Shown here: piece after piece, positions 57,791-64,000 of the stretch
Numbering within the stretch: the first letter of the stretch is position 1
How the letters are laid out: each line of letters starts with the position of its first letter
Assembly (NCBI RefSeq): GCF_009914755.1
Contig: NC_060929.1
DNA: 64,000 nucleotides
Direction: 5' to 3' (one strand)
DNA from: the human T2T-CHM13v2.0 reference genome, Homo sapiens
Position numbers and translations under genes: made by a program
The notes under the pieces: model-generated
What the model was told of the DNA's origin: nothing
Databases searched by the model: none
Seen by the model: only the letters and a program-made list of their open reading frames with translations

Positions 57791-58717
57791 AAGAAGGAAG
57801 TGAGGATGTGAGGGAGGGGGTAGGAAGGGTGATTTCTCCAAAAGAAATAGAAAAAGCACCTGTAGTCCCTTATTGTCAAAGTCTCCAGAGTGTTGCCAAT
57901 AATATATATGCTGGGAGCAGACTGTCTGCTGAACCCCTGCTCTGTTACTAGCTGTGAGAATTTGGGGAAGTTACTTAACCTCTCTGTACTTCAACTTCCT
58001 CACCTGCAAAATGAGAATGAAAATACTTGTGAGGATGAATAAGTCAGTACATGACAGTCGCTTACAAATACAACTGTAATTTAGAGAGCATGAGCAACAT
58101 TAGCTACTGTAACAAGTCAACTCCTAGTCTCAGTGGCTCATGGTCACATTTCAGTGCATCCTCTCCACAGAGTCTTTCAGGGATCCAGGCTCTTTCCATC
58201 TTGGTGCTCAGCTTCCTCTAGGTCCTGAGATTTCTCTCTCTTGAGCTGGCAGATGGGGAAAGAGCAAGGATCATGGAAGGAATGGCCAGGCCTAGATATA
58301 AGGGGATAAACATCATCTTCCAGTGGCCACAGCTAACCCAGAAAAGTGGCTCAAAATGGGGTTTAGCTGTGGGCATTAAGAGAAGGAGACAACAAAGACA
58401 CTGATGGGCATGGGGATTCTCCACCCCAGGCACCACTTGGCACACTGTAAGTCTTGAATAAACGCAGGTGCTGTTATTATAGGGGGGAGCCTGATAAAAA
58501 ATATCTGCTATGATTCTTGATAGATAATGAGGATATTTTGCAGGTTGCAAAGAGTTTGTTGTTGGGGGTTGCTCCCCAAGGCATGGGCCCTAAAATCAAC
58601 ATATTTTTGAGTCTCTGTTCTGCAGGGACACCCCTACAGTTACTGTCTTTCATTTCCACTGGGAAAGATGGCTTTGTGCTCATTTTGTTGATGATGTAAC
58701 TGCCTTAAGGGAGAGCA

Positions 58718-59029
58718 GGCCAGGAGCAGTGGCTCATGCCTGTAATTCCAGCACTTTGGGAGGCCAAGGTAGGACAATCACTTGAACTCGGGAGTTCGAG
58801 ACCAGCCTGGGCAACATAGGGAGACCCTGTCTCTACAAAAAATACAAAAATTAGCCGAGTGTGGTGGCGTGCGCCTGTTGTCCCAGCTACCCAGTACGCT
58901 GAGGTGGGAGGATCACTTGAACCCAGGAGGTTGAGGCTGCAGTGAGCCATGATTGTGCCACTTACTGCAGTCCAGCATGGGTGACAGAGCAAGAGCCTGC
59001 CCCCCGCAAAAAAAAAGAAAAAAAAAAAA
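58718..59029 (+). mobile_element. Full-length AluJ
   Basis: ctgggcaacatag.gagaccctgtctctacaaaa; gaggttgaggctgcagtgagccatgatt. Confidence 0.95.
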
Positions 59030-59597
59030 CAGAGTAATGTATGTGCCAAGGTCATATAGAGACCTTGCCTCAAAACAAAACAAAACAGAGTAATGCATGT
59101 GCCAAGGTCATATAGAGAGGTTGTGGGGGGGCATGAACTAGGACATTGTTCTAGTTATGTGCTTTGTGACTGCGAGGCCTCGGTCATCCCCCTCAACTGC
59201 CCTGAATCCCAGCTTCACATCTACAAAATGTTTGGATGGGGAGGGGATGTTTTAGAAAGGATAATTTCAGAGCTTATTTTTAGTTTTAAAAGACCATTCT
59301 GTGACATGAGGTCATCTAAAGGGAAATGACTTTGAACAACAAAAGATCTTTACGAAAAGGAGGGATTGATGGTGATTATGTTGCAATTATGGCAAAGCGC
59401 AAGTGGGCCCCATATGTGATTGCAACAGCCCCACCTCTGTAGAAAAAAGTTATGCTGATTTCTACAATGGTGTCAGGGACTTCGGGGTTAACACTCTGCA
59501 AATTTGACCAGAGCAAATAGATTTTGCTGAGTATATTCTCACAGAACACTATTTTTGTTTAAAAACAAATAGTGCTTTCAGTTAATAGCTGACATTT

Positions 59598-59630
59598 ATT
59601 TAATTGGCCCAAATAAATGGCCAATTAAAT
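59598..59630. repeat. Palindrome atttaattggcc-N9-ggccaattaaat
   Basis: 12-bp perfect arms, extending imperfectly to tgaca/tgtca and tttcagtt/aactgaaa. Confidence 0.88.
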
Positions 59631-60695
59631 TTATTGTCAACTGAAATGGCTAAGATACATAAAAGAAACGCAGGCTAGAGGACAATTTAAAGGCAGTTTC
59701 AGTTTTACAAAGGCATGGATGGTTTTCTTTGAAAGCAGTTTGGCTCAAGAAGCTTGTGTCTGCCTAGCACCCTAGTCTATTGGTCTGATCTGTGAGTGCA
59801 CCTCGGTGTTGTGAAAGTTTAATTGGTTTAAGGAATTCACTAATTTTATTGTTCACTTTTTCGTAAAATTATTCAATAATCTTTTTTCACCAATCACTTG
59901 TGGAATCGTAGGCACTGGATGTGCAAACAGTAGCTGATTTGTTTTTAGCTCACTTTGTTTAATCAAATCTTCAGAGCAAAATGTTTTAAAAAGTACAGAT
60001 GCCAAAGAAGTCTACAGTATACATGAAACAGTACCACAAACAATGGGTGGCCAACAACTGTCCCTGATCAAAATGTCACATCTGACATGACAACTTCTCC
60101 TGGGGCTCTAATTTCTAAACTGCCTGCAAATGATTAGCTAGCAGGATCTCAGTGCTGGGCCGGAGGGGGTTCAAAGGCTGGGATTATGCAGCTACTCACT
60201 TCATTTGTTCTTCTTTAATTGTTTATAGATTTTGAAAATGTTTATGGGACTGGAGAGAGGAAGACAGAGCAGAACAAAAGGAATTAATAACCATCGTGTG
60301 CTTGATTCTTAATGAACCCAGTCAAGAATCTCGGCCAATATGACATACTTTTGCTCTCTCGGGGGCAGAGGGTGGCTTTTCAGCCTAATTTTAAAAGAAA
60401 AATTATGCCTGACTTACTCTTCGGACACAATCTCAGAATGTGTTGGGGCTGACTATTGATACATGGTATGGAAGGCAGCTTTCTCCTAGTTACTCTTATT
60501 TTTTCTGGGAGAGCTCAGCCAACTGCAATGTGGACCAACTGTAGTAGCCTAGTCCATGCATTCAGTTTGTTTCTTGAGTACCTACTCTGCTCTGGGCACC
60601 TGGTAGGCACTAGAGGCATATTTGAGAGCAAATACTACATGGCATCTTCACTCCTGAGCTTACAGATTCCTGGGGAAACACACTAATGAAATAAT

Positions 60696-60740
60696 CTCTC
60701 TCTCTCTCTCTGTACACACACACACACACACACACACACA
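60696..60740. repeat. Compound (TC)n(AC)n microsatellite
   Basis: Seen directly. Confidence 0.92.
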
Positions 60741-61612
60741 TTCACTCACTGCAAAGATGATGGTAAGAACTTATAAGTGAACTGTCGATCTAGTTGGCAA
60801 ATCAGGAAAGGAAGTAATCTGGCTAAGATATGAAGAGGAAGCCAGAGGGAGAGACTTGAGAACAGTGTCTGCAGCAGAGAGAACAACACAGGCCGAAGCT
60901 CGTCATGGGAGCCGGTAGGCCATGTCTAATAAACTCAGAGAAGGCCAGTACGATTTGAGGGCAGAGGGTAAAAGCTCTTGCAATATAAGATGAGGCAATG
61001 ATCGAGTCAAAAAGGGCCATGTGGATCAGTTAAGGATTTCTACTCTCATGTGAGGCTATTGAAAGCTCATAAGTTTGACACAAGTCCCAGCTGGAAGACA
61101 AATGCATCTCAGGTCAAAATCTGGTCCCAGCGCCTACTCATTCTGTGACCTTAGGCAAGTTTCTTCATGCTTTGAGCCTCAGGTTCCTCTTCTGTAAAAT
61201 ACGTAACTCCTACTATGCAAGGTCATTTGGGAGAGTCAATGAGAAAATACGTACAGCAATACTTAATACTACTTAATGCAGTGGCTGATACGTAACGTAT
61301 GCTCAGAACACGTTGGCCTGTATGTTCAAAACGTGTTGACCTGAGATAGGTGAAATTGATGGTGTTTCTAACCTTTGATAACAGGAGTGGGCTTCGCTAT
61401 CACCTTGCTTCTTTGAGGGTGAGGATATTGTGCTTAGCAAAATCCTCAAAATTTGAGACCACTCATTCTAATATTGGCTTTTCTCAGTTTAAAAAAAAAA
61501 GGAAAGATGTTTACTTTCCCCCTGGAATTATAGAATCACAAATTGTTAGACGTGGAAGGGACTTTGAAGGTGGTAATGCCAGCCCGTGCTCATTTTTGTA
61601 GCTATAATGGGT

Positions 61613-61720
61613 ATTCCAGCACTTTGGGAGGCCAAGGTAGGAGGATCACTTGAACTAGGGAGTTTGAGACCAGCCTGGGCAACATAGGAAGACCCTGTCT
61701 CTACAAAAAATACAAAAATT
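61613..61720 (+). mobile_element. 108-bp AluJ left-arm fragment (apparent local copy of 58745-58852)
   Basis: 103/108 identical to the nearby AluJ; lacks the Alu 5' end, poly-A and TSD. Confidence 0.88.
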
Positions 61721-62984
61721 TTTCTGTGGTACCAACAATACCTATTTCCCTTCACTTCGGTCTCCTTTTGAGGAATTACATCTTCTTCATTAGGTACAAT
61801 CTGATGGGGCTACTTGGGGTGCCCATCCTGCCCTAGTCAAGGGGCAAGGACAACTCCCAAGCCAGTGAAGTGAGCCCTCCCTTCCTGGAAGTGGAATCCC
61901 AAACAGAAACATGAAAGGGCTGATATAGAATGGCGGGGAGGGGGAAGGTGGGGGGCTCCACGCTGGCACAGGCTCTTGGGCCTGTTGTTCTGCTTTTAGG
62001 CCCCACTTGAGTGTCTGCTTTCCAGCCTCTGGAAGGAGGGACCCTGAATCCCTTCCATGGTCCCAGCATGCTGTACAACTGCCCCTTGAGTTTGTTGGTC
62101 CCTGAAAGCCTTCCAACATAACTCCATTTTAATTGCTAGCTTAGAGCCAAGGCATACTAATTAACACCGCAGTGAAGAAATTGAAGCCAGAGAAATTAAG
62201 TGACCCGGACAAGGTCACACAGCAAGTTTGTTGGATCTGGGTGCAGAATCAATTAATTCCAAGTTCAGAACTCTTTGCACAGCACCTAGAGATTTTTTTT
62301 TTTAAATGGGGAGTTCTAGGAATAAGGTAGAGAAAACGCCTTGATTTCCATCCTTTTCTCATCCTGTTTGATTTCCCATCCACTTCGTAGAAGCAAATGA
62401 AATTCTAGCTCAAAACGTGAGTTTCTTCCTTTTGGGTCTGAAATCCATAGACATGAAAGCGGGCATTCAAGGCCTTCACGACATAATCACCACTCATGTC
62501 TCCAGCTTTATCTCCCACAAAGATAAAGACCTGCTGGCTTTTTCTTCTACGTAAAACCTGCCGTCCAGCCACAGAGGCCCCTTCCTTGTCCCAGGCACAT
62601 GCTGTCCTGTCCTCTCTCACACTCTCCCAGGGTGCTCTGTCTTCTTTCCTTCCTTCTTTCTTTTGACATTATAGAGAGCTACTCTGTCCCCGGCCTGATG
62701 AACTAACTCAGCAGGAAAGAAGACCCAGTCCTTTCCAGCTCAAAGTCTGCCAGGAGAGAGGGGTGAGTAAACGATCAGATCCAACAGGGGCAGGCCAGGA
62801 GGCTGTGGGATCACCAGCAGGATCCCAGCTGTCTTGGAAACCACAGAAGTTTGCCTAAAGGAGGAGATTTTATACTGACTTCCTAAGGATGAGCAGGAGA
62901 TAAAAACAGGAAGAGGAAAATGTGCGTAAAAGAAAAGAGGAGAGAGAGAGAGACAGAGGGAGAGAGAGAGAAGATAGAGATGAT

Positions 62985-64000
62985 ACCAAACACACAAGCA
63001 GCAGAAGAAAACATAAACTGGACAACAGAATCATAATGGAAAACTTTTGTGCTTCCACAGGTACCATCAAAAAAGTGAAAAGACAATCCATGTAATGGGG
63101 GAAAACTTTTGCCAATCATGTATCTGATAAGGGACTTTTATCTGGAGCATAAGTAACTATTATAATTCAATTATTTAAAAAGGCAAATAACCAAAAATGG
63201 TCAAAGGATCTGAATGGGCATTTCTAGAAATATGATAAACTAATAGCGTAAAAGCACGTGAAATGATGCTCCGCATCACTAGCCATCAGAGAAATGTGAA
63301 TTATAGCTGCAATGAAATACCACTCTCTACCTACTCATATGGCTATCATAAAAGGATAGATAAGAAGAAGTGTTGGTGATAATGTGGAGAAATTGGAATC
63401 CTCAAACACTGCTTGGAAGAATGTAAAATGGTACAGCCACTTTAGAAAACAGTCTGCCAGCGTCTCAAAAAGTTAAACATAGAGTGACCATATGACACGC
63501 AATTCCAGTCCTATATAGCCAAGAGAATTGAAAACATATGTGCACACAAAAACTTGTACACTGTTTACAGCAACATTATTCATAATAACCAACATGTGGG
63601 AACAACTCAAGAGTGCATCAACAAGACACATGGAGAAACACAATGTGGTATATCCATACAATGGAATATTATTCAGCCATGAAAAGGAATGAAGTGCTGA
63701 TACATGCTACAACATGGATGAACCTCAAAGATATTATACTCAGTAAAAGAAGCCAGACACCAAGAACCACACAGCATTTGATTCCATTTCTATAAAATGT
63801 TCACAATAGGCAAATCCAAAGAGACAGAAAGAAGTTTAGTGGCTGCCAGGGGCAGAGGATGATGAGCAAATGAAGGTGTATGACAGCCAAGGGGTACGGT
63901 TTCTGTTTTGAGGTAATGAAAATGTTTCTAAATTGATTGTGGCAATGGGTACACAACTCTGTGAATATAATAAAGGAAATTGAATTGTATACTACACTTT
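62985..64000 (+). mobile_element. L1MB/MC ORF2 3' end and 3' UTR, running to the window edge
   Basis: aacttttgtgcttc..caccatcaaaaaagtgaaaagacaa-like; aatgtggtatatccatacaatggaatattattcagccatgaaaaggaatgaagt. Confidence 0.92.

Overview
Primate (human-like) nuclear DNA, apparently intergenic or intronic, judged from the AluJ/S/Y copies, L1PA, THE1 and the many MIR, L2 and MLT1 fossils. I found no protein-coding exon, tRNA, rRNA or snRNA that I can support; the supplied ORFs are best explained by repeats, low complexity or GC richness. The main non-repeat features are an orphan CpG island (~12.2-13.55 kb) with a near-consensus CTCF site, a second strong CTCF site at 28.4 kb in divergent orientation, and several repeat-free, motif-rich blocks that look like enhancers (notably 38.7-39.4 kb and 59.3-60.4 kb, the latter containing a homeodomain/MEIS palindrome). 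The most unusual observations are structural: (1) a 69-bp, 67/69-identical inverted duplication plus GA/CT tracts bracketing ~2.5 kb (18.8-22.0 kb); (2) a 108-bp Alu segment apparently copied at DNA level from an AluJ 2.9 kb upstream; (3) several small junctional duplications typical of template switching. Repeat subfamily names come from recalled consensus sequences, not a database search, and old-repeat boundaries are approximate. I see no evidence for a novel gene system and did not identify the locus.
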